Virus record (IMG/VR): IMGVR_UViG_3300030029_000205
DNA: 64,000 nt
Strand: one strand, 5' to 3'
DNA from: a virus
Lineage: Duplodnaviria; Heunggongvirae; Uroviricota; Caudoviricetes
The notes beneath the pieces were generated by a model. The model worked only from the letters and a program-made list of their open reading frames with translations. It was not told the DNA's origin and searched no databases. Each line of letters starts with the position of its first letter. Position 1 is the first letter of the stretch. Of this stretch, positions 27,404 to 37,027 are shown in pieces. Position numbers and translations under genes: made by a program.

Positions 27404-28852
27404 ATGCAAAGGTATAATTTTAGGGGTACAGCTATATGTGAAAGGTTGTTAAAGAGTTTTATAACATCTAATAGGAAGATTGTAGTATATTTTGACCCAG
27501 ATGTAGATGGGATGATAGCAGGGTATTTTGTATGTAAGTATTTAGCTATGTATGGTAAGCCTTTTAGTTGGTATGTAAATACCAATAGAAGTCATAATTG
27601 GGACTTAGATTTAGAAAAGGTAAAGGATTGTAATATTGTAGCTGTAGATTTTATGATACCTAAACAGGTAATGCAGGATATTGTAGATAATGGTGTAAAT
27701 ATTGTAAGTATGGACCATCATGTGAATGGTGATTCTTTTATACATATTATGTCTAAAGGTGAAGGGGTTATTATAAATAATCAGTATCCTTTTGAAGATA
27801 GAGAAAGAGCTTACTTATCAGGAGCAGGTGTAGTTTTTGAAACATTGTCTAATTTAGATGGTAATTTTTATACTGATGAGAATAAAGCTTTAGTAGGTTT
27901 AACCTTATTATCTGATGTCTGTAATATAGAAAACGCTTTAGCTAAAGAATATTTAACTACTCTGTACTATCATAAATACAAAGGGTACATAAGGTATTTA
28001 ATTGATGGTACTATGGGTGATAAGGATTGGGGTTTTGGTGTTCCAAGACTTGATAGAAAGTATGTTGAGTTTAAATTTTCCCCAGCTGTAAATGCTTGTT
28101 TACGCTTTAATAAAGAAACAGATGTTGTCAAGTTTTTTCTTTGTACTGCTAAGTTAGATTTAACTTACCGAGAAGAACAGAAAAAGCTTATAAAGAAGAT
28201 GCTTAAGATAGTAGAAGTACGAGAGTTTGAAAAGCTAAGGGTAGTTTTTCTTAATGATTGGGATAAGAGTGTTTCTTATTATAGTGATGTGCTGTCAAAT
28301 TTTATAGGTTTGATAGCATCTCGGTATCTTGATGGGAAAAAATCTGTATTAGCTTATTTAATAAGTAAAGATGTCTATGGCAAGAGGTATGTAAAAAGGG
28401 CAAGTTTTAGAGGTCATATAAACGGAGCAGATTACCTTAAGGAATCTAAGGGTATTATTGATGGCATAGGGCATCAATCTGCATTTGGTATATTAAATTT
28501 AAAACCAAGCAAGCAGTTATTTGAGAAAGTAAATATTGCGTGTAAAAAGGCTGAAGAAGGGTATATTAACGGCAATACGATAATACCTGTTACTAATTTG
28601 GCAATTTTTGCAGACAGAAAAGGTAGACGATGTGCTGAACATAATATGTACTGTTTGGCTCAGAATAATACATATGTAAGGTATATTGGTAGCAATGTAA
28701 AAGTAATATCAAATACTTCATCTTTTCAAAAGTATAAAGTAGATGGTATAGAAGTTAAATGCTTTGATTCTTCAATAGATTTTACTAATGGGGTAATATA
28801 TCCTATTCTGGAGAGAGGTTTTATTTATTATTACTTACAAAAAGAAAATTGA
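27404..28852 (+). CDS. DHH-family phosphoesterase (RecJ-like exonuclease / NrnA-like)
   Basis: DHH motifs: YFDPDVDGM (I), VAVDFMIP, VSMDHHVNGD (III). DHHA1-type GIGHQSAFG near the C-terminus. Confidence 0.8.
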   Translation: MQRYNFRGTAICERLLKSFITSNRKIVVYFDPDVDGMIAGYFVCKYLAMYGKPFSWYVNTNRSHNWDLDLEKVKDCNIVAVDFMIPKQVMQDIVDNGVNIVSMDHHVNGDSFIHIMSKGEGVIINNQYPFEDRERAYLSGAGVVFETLSNLDGNFYTDENKALVGLTLLSDVCNIENALAKEYLTTLYYHKYKGYIRYLIDGTMGDKDWGFGVPRLDRKYVEFKFSPAVNACLRFNKETDVVKFFLCTAKLDLTYREEQKKLIKKMLKIVEVREFEKLRVVFLNDWDKSVSYYSDVLSNFIGLIASRYLDGKKSVLAYLISKDVYGKRYVKRASFRGHINGADYLKESKGIIDGIGHQSAFGILNLKPSKQLFEKVNIACKKAEEGYINGNTIIPVTNLAIFADRKGRRCAEHNMYCLAQNNTYVRYIGSNVKVISNTSSFQKYKVDGIEVKCFDSSIDFTNGVIYPILERGFIYYYLQKEN

Positions 28853-28864
28853 TTTAAGAATAAC

Positions 28865-28893
28865 TTGAATAGATTTTTGATTTGTGGTAAAAT
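28865..28893 (+). promoter_or_regulatory. promoter TTGAAT-N17(…TGG)-TAAAAT
   Basis: Hexamers and spacing. Upstream of gene 28923. Confidence 0.5.
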
Positions 28894-28922
28894 AATATCA
28901 ATAAAATATAGGAGGTCTTACA

Positions 28923-29414
28923 ATGACTTTGGTAGATATTATTAAATCTTATAAGGATTCTAATGATTTCGGTAGTAAAAAAATGTTGCGTGAGTTAGAG
29001 GACTCTGTAAATAACTTAGGTTTTAATGCAAGTAATTGCGGTGAGGCTTTATACAATCAGTTCGGTGCAGATGAGGAAATAATTTGCTTTATCGATGGTT
29101 GGTGTAAGCTGTTGAAGAACAGACTTGGTGATGGCGATGATAGGTATCAGGACTCAGCCAGAAGATGTAAACTTTACTGCTATGTATCAGGGGGAAGTTC
29201 AAATCCCTATGCAGGGGGTGGAGATAACAAGGCAGGCAACATAAGAATGTTGCACCATACTCTGATTCAGAGATTATCTTCTGTATGGTTTAAGTACCTT
29301 GATATGTGTGGTAAAGATGCTAATCTACCTGAAAGATACTCTTACTTAAAAGGGGTAAGGGATGCTATGGTTGCTACTTTCGGTAGAGATTGGTATGATA
29401 TGTTTTATATTTAA
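28923..29414 (+). CDS. hypothetical protein
   Basis: RBS TAGGAGG. Promoter TTGAAT-N17-TAAAAT at 28865-28893. Confidence 0.7.
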   Translation: MTLVDIIKSYKDSNDFGSKKMLRELEDSVNNLGFNASNCGEALYNQFGADEEIICFIDGWCKLLKNRLGDGDDRYQDSARRCKLYCYVSGGSSNPYAGGGDNKAGNIRMLHHTLIQRLSSVWFKYLDMCGKDANLPERYSYLKGVRDAMVATFGRDWYDMFYI

Positions 29415-29446
29415 TTTAGGTTGTAATAAATTAGGAGGTTAAGAAA

Positions 29447-30598
29447 ATGATTACAGGAACAGCAAAACTGGTAGTTGACTTGGGTAATTCTGAAACCCGT
29501 GTTAAGACTATCTACGGAAAGACAGCAAAGGGTAATGTAAGAGAAAGGTTGAGTATTATTGATAACAGGTATAGTATTGTACCTGATGAAAAACTTGACC
29601 TTTACTTGAAAGGTGATACCTATTCAAGCGAAAGCTCTTATGTTTTTGAAAGAAATGGTATTTACTATTGCAATGGAGATGTTTGTAATATTGAGATGGC
29701 TCAGACTTCTTTCAGACCTACAGCTCTTGAAAAGAAGTATGAGTCTAAGGTTACTCTGTTTACGCTTATCAATGCATTCAGACAGGGTATTGAAGATGTT
29801 GCAATATTCTCAAATTGCGACAGTGATAATGTAGATGTAGATTGGGAGGTATATCTTCTTTTGCCACCAGAAGACCTTGAGGCAGGCTCTCAGGCTATTG
29901 CAAGTATGGTTAAGAGTATTGAAGATATTAACTTCTTAATGCCTGAGCTTTATAAGAAAATCAGCATCTCAAAGGTAAAGGTATTTCCAGAGGGTATGTG
30001 TGCTTTCTTCGGAGTTCTGTTCTCTTCAAAGGGTATTGTAAGAAAGGGATATGACTATCTTATGAATCCTGTAGAATCCACGGTAATATTTGATATCGGT
30101 GCAGGTACTACTGACATTGTTATGATTAGGGGTAGTCAGATTGTACAGAGTTCAAGATTTACTAAGGAAATCGGTGGTAACAATGTACATAGATTGGTAC
30201 AGAGAAGCCTCAGAAGCAAGGGTATTTCACTTCCAGATGAAGTAGTTCGTGAAGGAGTAAATACAGGTTATGTTAAGAGTGGTTCTCGTTCTATTGATAT
30301 CGCTGAAGAGATTGCATCTGCTAAGCAGGCGGTATCTAATCAGCTTGTAGACGCTGTACAGGAATTCTTTGAAAGTTCTATGATTAGTATTAGAACTATT
30401 TCAAATATTCTTGTATGCGGTGGCGGTGCTGAAGTATCTTCTAATAAGGAGATTAAGCCTATTTCTGATTATATTGTAAACTATATGAAGAGATTGTCGC
30501 CAGATATTAAGCTTGTAAAAATTCCAGAGGACGAAGAGGGTAATCCTGTTTCATCAAGATTGTTAAATATCAATGGAGCAGGTATTCTCGCAGAATAA
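29447..30598 (+). CDS. actin-like ATPase (ParM/StbA/Alp-family)
   Basis: Actin-fold motifs: LVVDLGNSETRVK (phosphate 1), IFDIGAGTTDIV (phosphate 2), ILVCGGGAEV (adenosine). RBS TAGGAGG. Confidence 0.8.
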   Translation: MITGTAKLVVDLGNSETRVKTIYGKTAKGNVRERLSIIDNRYSIVPDEKLDLYLKGDTYSSESSYVFERNGIYYCNGDVCNIEMAQTSFRPTALEKKYESKVTLFTLINAFRQGIEDVAIFSNCDSDNVDVDWEVYLLLPPEDLEAGSQAIASMVKSIEDINFLMPELYKKISISKVKVFPEGMCAFFGVLFSSKGIVRKGYDYLMNPVESTVIFDIGAGTTDIVMIRGSQIVQSSRFTKEIGGNNVHRLVQRSLRSKGISLPDEVVREGVNTGYVKSGSRSIDIAEEIASAKQAVSNQLVDAVQEFFESSMISIRTISNILVCGGGAEVSSNKEIKPISDYIVNYMKRLSPDIKLVKIPEDEEGNPVSSRLLNINGAGILAE

Positions 30599-30768
30599 GA
30601 GGAAAAGCTATTGATAAAGATGGGGATGACTCTTTCCTTACGGAAAACAGCATTGAGTTTTATCTTCCACGAAGCTCGTATTCAGATGTAGATGGTATTT
30701 CTCCTGATACTGTTGATGTAGCTTTTACAGGGTATAAGGATAAAACAAAAACGAAAGTAGAAGGTGTT

Positions 30769-31548
30769 GTGTCTGCGGTAAACAAGGATACAGGCACCTC
30801 CAAAGACTTTATAGTATCTTGTAGTATGAATAAGAATAACCAGTGGGTAGTCGACGGAGAGGAGTTCTACCATACAGATTTTTCTTTTATTACTGCGAGT
30901 GGTGTGACTATTGTTGCTAATGGTAAAGAAGTACCAGATAGTATGTTAGTTAGTAAAACAGGTGTAAACGATACTGAAAATGTATGCACTTTACCTTGTG
31001 TGGGTAAGGATGATATACATATTAAATTGTCTTGTGACAACTATACTTATGAAACTGATATTTCTCCAGCAATGAGCAATGGAGCAGAAAATGCTGATAT
31101 TGTACTAAGTCCATTATCTGATGAGGATAGAAAGGCTTGTGAGAATTTTATTAAGACTTCTTTCAATGCCATGTATTCTGATTACCTTGATGGTGCAAAA
31201 GCATCAGATTTTAACAAGTATATTTCATCAGATGCTGACCCTGATATCTGTAATCAAATTTTAGATGGTTTTAAATCTATGTCAAATAAGGGTTCATCTG
31301 GCAATTCTAATTTTAAGCTGTCCAAATGTATTGTTTCAGATAAAACAAATTGGGTATCTGGTGATTCAGTATATGTAGACTTTAAGTATCAGCTGGATTG
31401 GGTATATAATCTCGCTAAATGGAATCAGAATACTAAAAGATTAAGTAATATTCTTCTTAAAAAGGAAGATGGCGAGTTTAAGATTTATGGTTTAACTGAT
31501 TCAGGGTTATTTACTGAATGCAATAATTTCACACAGGAGTGGGAGTAA
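30769..31548 (+). CDS. hypothetical protein; reading frame is open and protein-like from 30544, so the true start is probably upstream and non-canonical
   Basis: First canonical start is GTG 30769 with a weak RBS. The same frame has no stop back to 30541 and encodes a plausible peptide (GKAIDKDGDDSFLTENSIEFYLPRSSYSDVDG...). Confidence 0.6.
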   Translation: MSAVNKDTGTSKDFIVSCSMNKNNQWVVDGEEFYHTDFSFITASGVTIVANGKEVPDSMLVSKTGVNDTENVCTLPCVGKDDIHIKLSCDNYTYETDISPAMSNGAENADIVLSPLSDEDRKACENFIKTSFNAMYSDYLDGAKASDFNKYISSDADPDICNQILDGFKSMSNKGSSGNSNFKLSKCIVSDKTNWVSGDSVYVDFKYQLDWVYNLAKWNQNTKRLSNILLKKEDGEFKIYGLTDSGLFTECNNFTQEWE

Positions 31549-31553
31549 GTTAA

Positions 31554-32450
31554 ATGAATTTGATATTGTTGATTATAGGAATTATTCTTGTTATATGTGC
31601 AGGTGCATTTTCCATAATTTCTTATAAAGAGGAAAGTGCGAAGCGTATTATCGGAGGTTTGCTGTTGATAGTTGGATTGGCTTTTGCAGTGGTATCTCAG
31701 AGTTTTGCAATTATTCCGACAGGGTACACAGGTGTAAAGACTACTTTTGGTCAGATAGATAATACTACTCTACAGAACGGTTTTAACTGGAAGACTCCTT
31801 TTATTCAGAGTATTGAGATGGTTGACAACAAACAGCAGGATATCTCATTTAACGATGATGAAATATGGAGTGAAACCAAAGAGAGAACAGCTATTTACTA
31901 TAAAGGGGTAACTGTTACATATCAAATTAATCCTGAAAAGTCCTCTTGGATTTATGCCAATATTTCTAATTATAAAGATAGTTTGGTAACAAAGCCTTTA
32001 GTTAGTTCTGCTATTAAGGCATCGAGTAAAGATTTATCCGATGTAGATGCTACTAATCGTTCTATTATTGAACCTAAAGCTTTAAAGAATATACAGGATA
32101 GTCTTAACGATAAGTATGGTAAAGATGTTATCTATGTAAATAAAGTAACCATTAATAATGCCGACTTTGAAGAGTCTTATAATAAGGCTATTGCTGATAA
32201 ACAAAAGGCTCAGCTTGCAGCAGAACAGCAGGAAATTGAGAATAACAAAGCTATTGCTAAGGCAAAGGCTGATGCTGAGGTAGCTGTAAAAGAGGCTCAG
32301 GGTAAAGCAGATGCCAATGAGATTTTGAGGAAATCTTTATCAGATGAGGTTCTTAGGGATAAGTACATTGAGAAATGGAATGGTCAGATGCCAAATGTAG
32401 TATCTGATGATAGTTCTGTTATGTATGGTATAGATTCATCAAGTAAATAA
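31554..32450 (+). CDS. SPFH/band-7 (prohibitin/HflK-like) membrane protein
   Basis: N-terminal TM IIGIILVICAGAFSII and a second hydrophobic segment. PTGYTGVKTTFGQ....LQNGFNWKTPFIQSIEMVD matches the SPFH core. C-terminal coiled coil AQLAAEQQEIENNKAIAKAKADAE. Confidence 0.8.
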   Translation: MNLILLIIGIILVICAGAFSIISYKEESAKRIIGGLLLIVGLAFAVVSQSFAIIPTGYTGVKTTFGQIDNTTLQNGFNWKTPFIQSIEMVDNKQQDISFNDDEIWSETKERTAIYYKGVTVTYQINPEKSSWIYANISNYKDSLVTKPLVSSAIKASSKDLSDVDATNRSIIEPKALKNIQDSLNDKYGKDVIYVNKVTINNADFEESYNKAIADKQKAQLAAEQQEIENNKAIAKAKADAEVAVKEAQGKADANEILRKSLSDEVLRDKYIEKWNGQMPNVVSDDSSVMYGIDSSSK

Positions 32451-32571
32451 TTTGGGTGAGGACTCACTGTAAATATGGTGAGTCCTCATACCCTATAAGG
32501 TATAATTATTAAAAGATTTATTAAGATGATTTAATAGGTGTTTTAATAATTATAGGTGGGAGGTTTTTCAT

Positions 32572-34524
32572 ATGCCTGTATTATCTGTATTATGTGCAGG
32601 GGTATCAACAACGGGTATAGAGTATATTACAGAGGCTGTAAATCAGGCTTTTGGTGAATGTTCTGTACAAGAGTTGCATAGAGATGATTTACGATTTAAA
32701 GTAAGATTGGGTACTAAAGATACATCTGTTGTATTGATTATATTAGATACTACTTCAATGGATGAGTGCAAGGATATTGAAAATGGTCTTTTTAGCTCAG
32801 ATAAGTTTTATAAATATGTGGGTGATGGGCAGTTAGTATCTTATCTCAATGAGAAATATGATTTAAATATGGATTTTGTTGTGGAAGATCTAACTTCCGT
32901 TACACCAGATGGTGTGTCAGCCTCAAATTGTGATGAAGAGGTTATTGAGAGGTATAGAAGTCAAATAGCTGATAAAGATGGTATTATTAAAAACTTAACT
33001 TGTACCGTTAAGGAATTAGAGGGTATTATCTCAGAAGGTGGCTATTCTGTAGATACTTCAAAGGTTGAAGGAGTAGAAGCTGAAAATCTTGAATTAAGAG
33101 GAAAAGTATTAGACTTACAAAAAGTTGTGGATACTGTTAATCAAGAGGTAGAAAACTATAAGAAAAATGACTCTGCTTTAAAAGATGAGAATGCTAAGCT
33201 CACAGATAAAATAGGTGTTCTACAGGTTAAGAATGAAGATGTTATTAAAACGCTTGCTACTGAGAGAGAGCTATCTTCTCAAAAGTCAGCTGTTATTCGT
33301 GATAAAGAAAAAGATATCTTAAAGCTACAAGAAGAATTAAAGGGTATCAGAGTTACAGAGATAAACATAAACAATTTTAAATCGGAAATCTCAGATTTAA
33401 AAAGTAGATGTAAGAATCTTCAATTAGAAAATAAAAATCTTATTATAGATTTAGATTCTAAAGATTCAGAAATTAAAAGATTAGGTTTAGACTTAGAAAA
33501 GCGTGGAGAGTATGATGAAAAGGTATCAGAATACAAAAAGATGTTAAGCACGCTTGAAAAAGAAAAGTCTGATTTAGCTAAAGAACTGAATGATGTTAAA
33601 AGTGATTATAATTCTTTAGTAACTCAGAATAACGAGTTGAACGAAGATTTAGATACATATTCAGATAAACTTACTGCTTTAGAAGAAAAATGTGCTGAAA
33701 CAGAAGGGTATTTATCTCAGGCAAATGTTGAAAAGATTAAATTGGAAGATAAACTCAAGGTTCTTGAGACTTCTACAAACAGAGATGCTGATGTAGAAGC
33801 AACCATAACCGAATTAAGTGAGTTAAAGAAAAAATATGCTGAGTTACAAACTAATATCTTTACTATCATAGGTACTAAGTCTTTACCTAAGTGTGGTATT
33901 AAAGCTCCGTTGATTAAGGGTATTCCATCTCATTATAGTAATGTGAAGTTTATATTTTCGGGTAGTTCTGAGAGTAGAAAAGGTACTTACAAATGCTTAT
34001 ATAATGAGTTAACAGGCTCTAAAGACAAGTATTTGATTTTAGATGTAACCTCTGAGACAGCTATTGATTATGTTTTCCAGATGAAGAAAATAGCTGATGG
34101 TATGAATTGGTTTACCTCAGGAGGGGGAGTACAGCAATATTTATCTTCTACTTGTTTACCTAATGTCAAGGTACTGATGCCAAAGATAGGGTATGTAAAT
34201 GATAGTTTTTTCTTAATGGTAAATTGGGAAAAACGCTTGAAAGAATTAGAAGAATCAGGTTATAAAGTAATAGTTTACTGCGGTGATATTTCTAATTTAG
34301 TTGGCAGGGTTTTATTAGAATCCTTTTCTGAATTAGGTGATACTCTTGTATATGTACATGGAAATGCACTTGGTTCAAGAACTATCATAGCAAATGCTTT
34401 TGGTTTAACAGGTATTAAATTGTGTACAGTGTTATATTATGATTTTGATAAGAGTATATTTAAATTTTACAAAATGATGGAAAGTAAAGCTAATTGTAAA
34501 ATTGTTTCTTATGCAAGGTCTTAA
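32572..34524 (+). CDS. 650-aa protein with ~300-aa central coiled coil and globular N- and C-terminal domains
   Basis: Heptad-rich region with repeated LK/LE/DL segments. RBS GGTGGGAGG. Confidence 0.75.
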   Translation: MPVLSVLCAGVSTTGIEYITEAVNQAFGECSVQELHRDDLRFKVRLGTKDTSVVLIILDTTSMDECKDIENGLFSSDKFYKYVGDGQLVSYLNEKYDLNMDFVVEDLTSVTPDGVSASNCDEEVIERYRSQIADKDGIIKNLTCTVKELEGIISEGGYSVDTSKVEGVEAENLELRGKVLDLQKVVDTVNQEVENYKKNDSALKDENAKLTDKIGVLQVKNEDVIKTLATERELSSQKSAVIRDKEKDILKLQEELKGIRVTEININNFKSEISDLKSRCKNLQLENKNLIIDLDSKDSEIKRLGLDLEKRGEYDEKVSEYKKMLSTLEKEKSDLAKELNDVKSDYNSLVTQNNELNEDLDTYSDKLTALEEKCAETEGYLSQANVEKIKLEDKLKVLETSTNRDADVEATITELSELKKKYAELQTNIFTIIGTKSLPKCGIKAPLIKGIPSHYSNVKFIFSGSSESRKGTYKCLYNELTGSKDKYLILDVTSETAIDYVFQMKKIADGMNWFTSGGGVQQYLSSTCLPNVKVLMPKIGYVNDSFFLMVNWEKRLKELEESGYKVIVYCGDISNLVGRVLLESFSELGDTLVYVHGNALGSRTIIANAFGLTGIKLCTVLYYDFDKSIFKFYKMMESKANCKIVSYARS

Positions 34525-34538
34525 ATAGGAGGTTGTGT

Positions 34539-35186
34539 ATGCGTAGAACAAGTATAATGTTAGAGTTCTCAGATGATATTTATGATTCTTTAGTAGAGCC
34601 TTTAAAAAAGAATAGAACATTTTCTAAATTAGTAGTATCTTTAATCAATGGGTACATAGAGGACGGGTATATTCATGCATATGTAGATGATACTTTAAGT
34701 AATCTTAAAAAGGCAGCTGTTGACTCTTTTAATAGTTCTATTGATTCTATGTCAGAGTCTTTAAGCAATATGGGATTGTTTACAGATGAACTAAATTCCG
34801 TATCTTCAAGTGCAAAAACTAAGTTTACTGAGAAGTATAACGAAGCATCAAAAGGGGTAAAGCCTGAAAGTAGAGTTGATAGCAAGGGTGATATTGATAA
34901 AATCAACAAGCGTATTGATGATATGCAAGAGGATGTTAATGCCAAGTTAAGCACTCTTATTGATTTAATTAGTTCTTTGTCAACGGGTGGTGTTCCTGTT
35001 AAGAAAAATGTGGAAAATGTTATTCCAGATGTTTCCAATGTTAAGAGAGATGTGGAAAATGTTATTCCAGATGTTTCCAATGTTAAGAGAGATGTGGAAA
35101 ATGTGGAAACCACTGATACCGAAGAGGAAAAAGAGGCTCTTGATTTTATGTCTAACCTGTTAAATGGTAACTCTTTTGAATTTTAA
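34539..35186 (+). CDS. coiled-coil protein with perfect 14-aa tandem repeats (VENVIPDVSNVKRD x2.3)
   Basis: ATG 34539, 7 nt after AGGAGG. DNA tandem repeat 35010-35105. Confidence 0.7.
   Translation: MRRTSIMLEFSDDIYDSLVEPLKKNRTFSKLVVSLINGYIEDGYIHAYVDDTLSNLKKAAVDSFNSSIDSMSESLSNMGLFTDELNSVSSSAKTKFTEKYNEASKGVKPESRVDSKGDIDKINKRIDDMQEDVNAKLSTLIDLISSLSTGGVPVKKNVENVIPDVSNVKRDVENVIPDVSNVKRDVENVETTDTEEEKEALDFMSNLLNGNSFEF
35010..35105 (+). repeat. in-frame 42-bp tandem repeat (2.3 copies) within CDS 34539-35186
   Basis: GTGGAAAATGTTATTCCAGATGTTTCCAATGTTAAGAGAGAT repeated exactly. Confidence 0.85.
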
Positions 35187-35207
35187 GGTACAAGGAGGGT
35201 ATAAACT

Positions 35208-36791
35208 ATGGAAGATTTTAACTTAGAAGAGGTATTAAATTCTTCTGAAGATAGTAAAGAAGTAGTAAATACTAAAGAGCCCAAATCAAAAGGTAAAATA
35301 TCAGGTGGTAAGATTACTGCTTGCGTGTTCGTTGGTTTAGGGGTATGTTTTTTGATATTCTTGTTAGTTGGGGTATTATATACTAATTTTATAAGATTTC
35401 CTGCTCAAGAAGAAATAATCAAGGAGCAGACAGGTATTTATGCTTTAGAGAACTATGAGAAAAATGTACACGACCAGAAAAGTGTTTTTGATGGTAAAGA
35501 TTATTTAACAAAAGAGATTACTTATGCTAATTCAAATAAGCATAAGTTATCTTTTATATCTAAGATTGTTAATACAGTACATTATGAGTCCAAATCAGTT
35601 AGTGCTAAAAATATATTTGGTAATGATATGATTGATAGCAAAACATTGGAAGTAGTTGATATGACTTCCCCTGTTGAAGAAGGTGAAGAGGTTTTCTTTA
35701 CATATGTAAATTATAATGCTATTAATTTTGATGAGGAAACTTTAAAAAAGTTAATTAAGGATTATGATTTAACCGCAGACAATGTTGATTATGCTAACAT
35801 AGCTGTAGATATGTTTTGTGATTATATATCAGGTATGAAAACAATTCCTAAGATACAGGTATCAAGAGCTCCAAATATAAAAAAGACTGGTAATGCCTAT
35901 ACAGTATTACAAGATGAGGATACCTATTTAGACAGATTACTTTTTTCAAGCGATGCTTTTAAAAACTGTGAAATGCGATTTACTGTAGCATTAGGTAAGC
36001 TGTTATCTGATAAGGGTAGTTTTAAACCAACAGAAGAGTGGACTAAATGGGATAAGCTTGCAAAGATTGAAAAAGAGGAAACTCCTGAACCTGCAAAATA
36101 TGGTAAAATGACAATGGCATCCACTTGGGTGGGAGCTTACTATTTGCAAAATGAGTATTATACAACTGACGAGGATGGTAATAAGGCAAAAGATAAAGTA
36201 TCACCTCAGCTGGGCGATGGTAGTTTTGATAGTCCAGCAAGTATAGGTACACCAGTTATATCATATGTACTGTCAAAGGATAAGAAGGGTAATTTAATAA
36301 AGGACCCCATAAGGGTAGAAATGACAGAATATGGTTGCTCTGAAGATGCAATAACTTGGTTTCAAAGTAAAGATGTTCAAAACAGAGGTTTTACTCTTGA
36401 TTCTGAAGTGCAGTATTGTTACTATGTCTTTAAGGTGACTAACCTATCTAATAAGACTTTAGTGGTTAAAGATAATGCAAGTTTGTGTGATAAGAATGGT
36501 AATATTTCTACAAAAACAGGTAAAATTTTCGGTTTGGCTGAAAGTGTAGAATTAAAACCCGACGAGACAGGTATCATAGAATCTTGGGGTAGGTCAACAG
36601 AATTAAACTTAAAATATGTAATATGGGGTAAGGACTTTGAAAAACAGCAAGACCCAGTGTGGTTTAGGGTACTTGCAGGCAACAAAGAGGATAAGTCAGA
36701 AGATAAGGGTGTATATATCATTAACAGGAGACAGAAAGAAACTTCAGCTCCTAAAACAACGGTAGTTAATAGTACATCTTCTACGGAATAA
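35208..36791 (+). CDS. membrane-anchored (signal-anchor) protein, large extracytoplasmic domain
   Basis: RBS AAGGAGGG. TM ITACVFVGLGVCFLIFLLVGVLY after a K/E-rich N-terminus. Confidence 0.75.
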   Translation: MEDFNLEEVLNSSEDSKEVVNTKEPKSKGKISGGKITACVFVGLGVCFLIFLLVGVLYTNFIRFPAQEEIIKEQTGIYALENYEKNVHDQKSVFDGKDYLTKEITYANSNKHKLSFISKIVNTVHYESKSVSAKNIFGNDMIDSKTLEVVDMTSPVEEGEEVFFTYVNYNAINFDEETLKKLIKDYDLTADNVDYANIAVDMFCDYISGMKTIPKIQVSRAPNIKKTGNAYTVLQDEDTYLDRLLFSSDAFKNCEMRFTVALGKLLSDKGSFKPTEEWTKWDKLAKIEKEETPEPAKYGKMTMASTWVGAYYLQNEYYTTDEDGNKAKDKVSPQLGDGSFDSPASIGTPVISYVLSKDKKGNLIKDPIRVEMTEYGCSEDAITWFQSKDVQNRGFTLDSEVQYCYYVFKVTNLSNKTLVVKDNASLCDKNGNISTKTGKIFGLAESVELKPDETGIIESWGRSTELNLKYVIWGKDFEKQQDPVWFRVLAGNKEDKSEDKGVYIINRRQKETSAPKTTVVNSTSSTE

Positions 36792-36919
36792 GATTTATTT
36801 AATTATTTTTATGATAGTGATAGACATTTCATGGATTTTATGGTATAATAATACCATAGAATAAGGTTACCAAATTCAGACACCATTATCCATGTATCAG
36901 TTCTCCTATTCTATAAATT

Positions 36920-36957
36920 AACCGTTCTATCGAAAGATAGGACGGTTTTCTTTTTAT
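36920..36957 (+). terminator. intrinsic terminator (AACCGTTCTATC-gaaa-GATAGGACGGTT + TTCTTTTTAT)
   Basis: 12-bp stem with one G-U pair, GAAA tetraloop and T-tract. Confidence 0.75.
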
Positions 36958-36964
36958 GAAAATA

Positions 36965-36993
36965 TTGCAATTATGTATAAATTATGGTAAGAT
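36965..36993 (+). promoter_or_regulatory. promoter TTGCAA-N17(…TGG)-TAAGAT
   Basis: Follows the terminator at 36920-36957. Upstream of gene 37028. Confidence 0.5.
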
Positions 36994-37027
36994 ATAAACA
37001 TAGAAATTGAAAGGAGAGATATTTATT

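Noticed and set aside
32455-32489. Hairpin TGAGGACTCAC...GTGAGTCCTCA after gene 31554 as an intrinsic terminator
   Set aside because: The 11-bp stem is strong but is not followed by a T-tract. Kept out of the terminator list. It may be an RNA processing or stability element instead.
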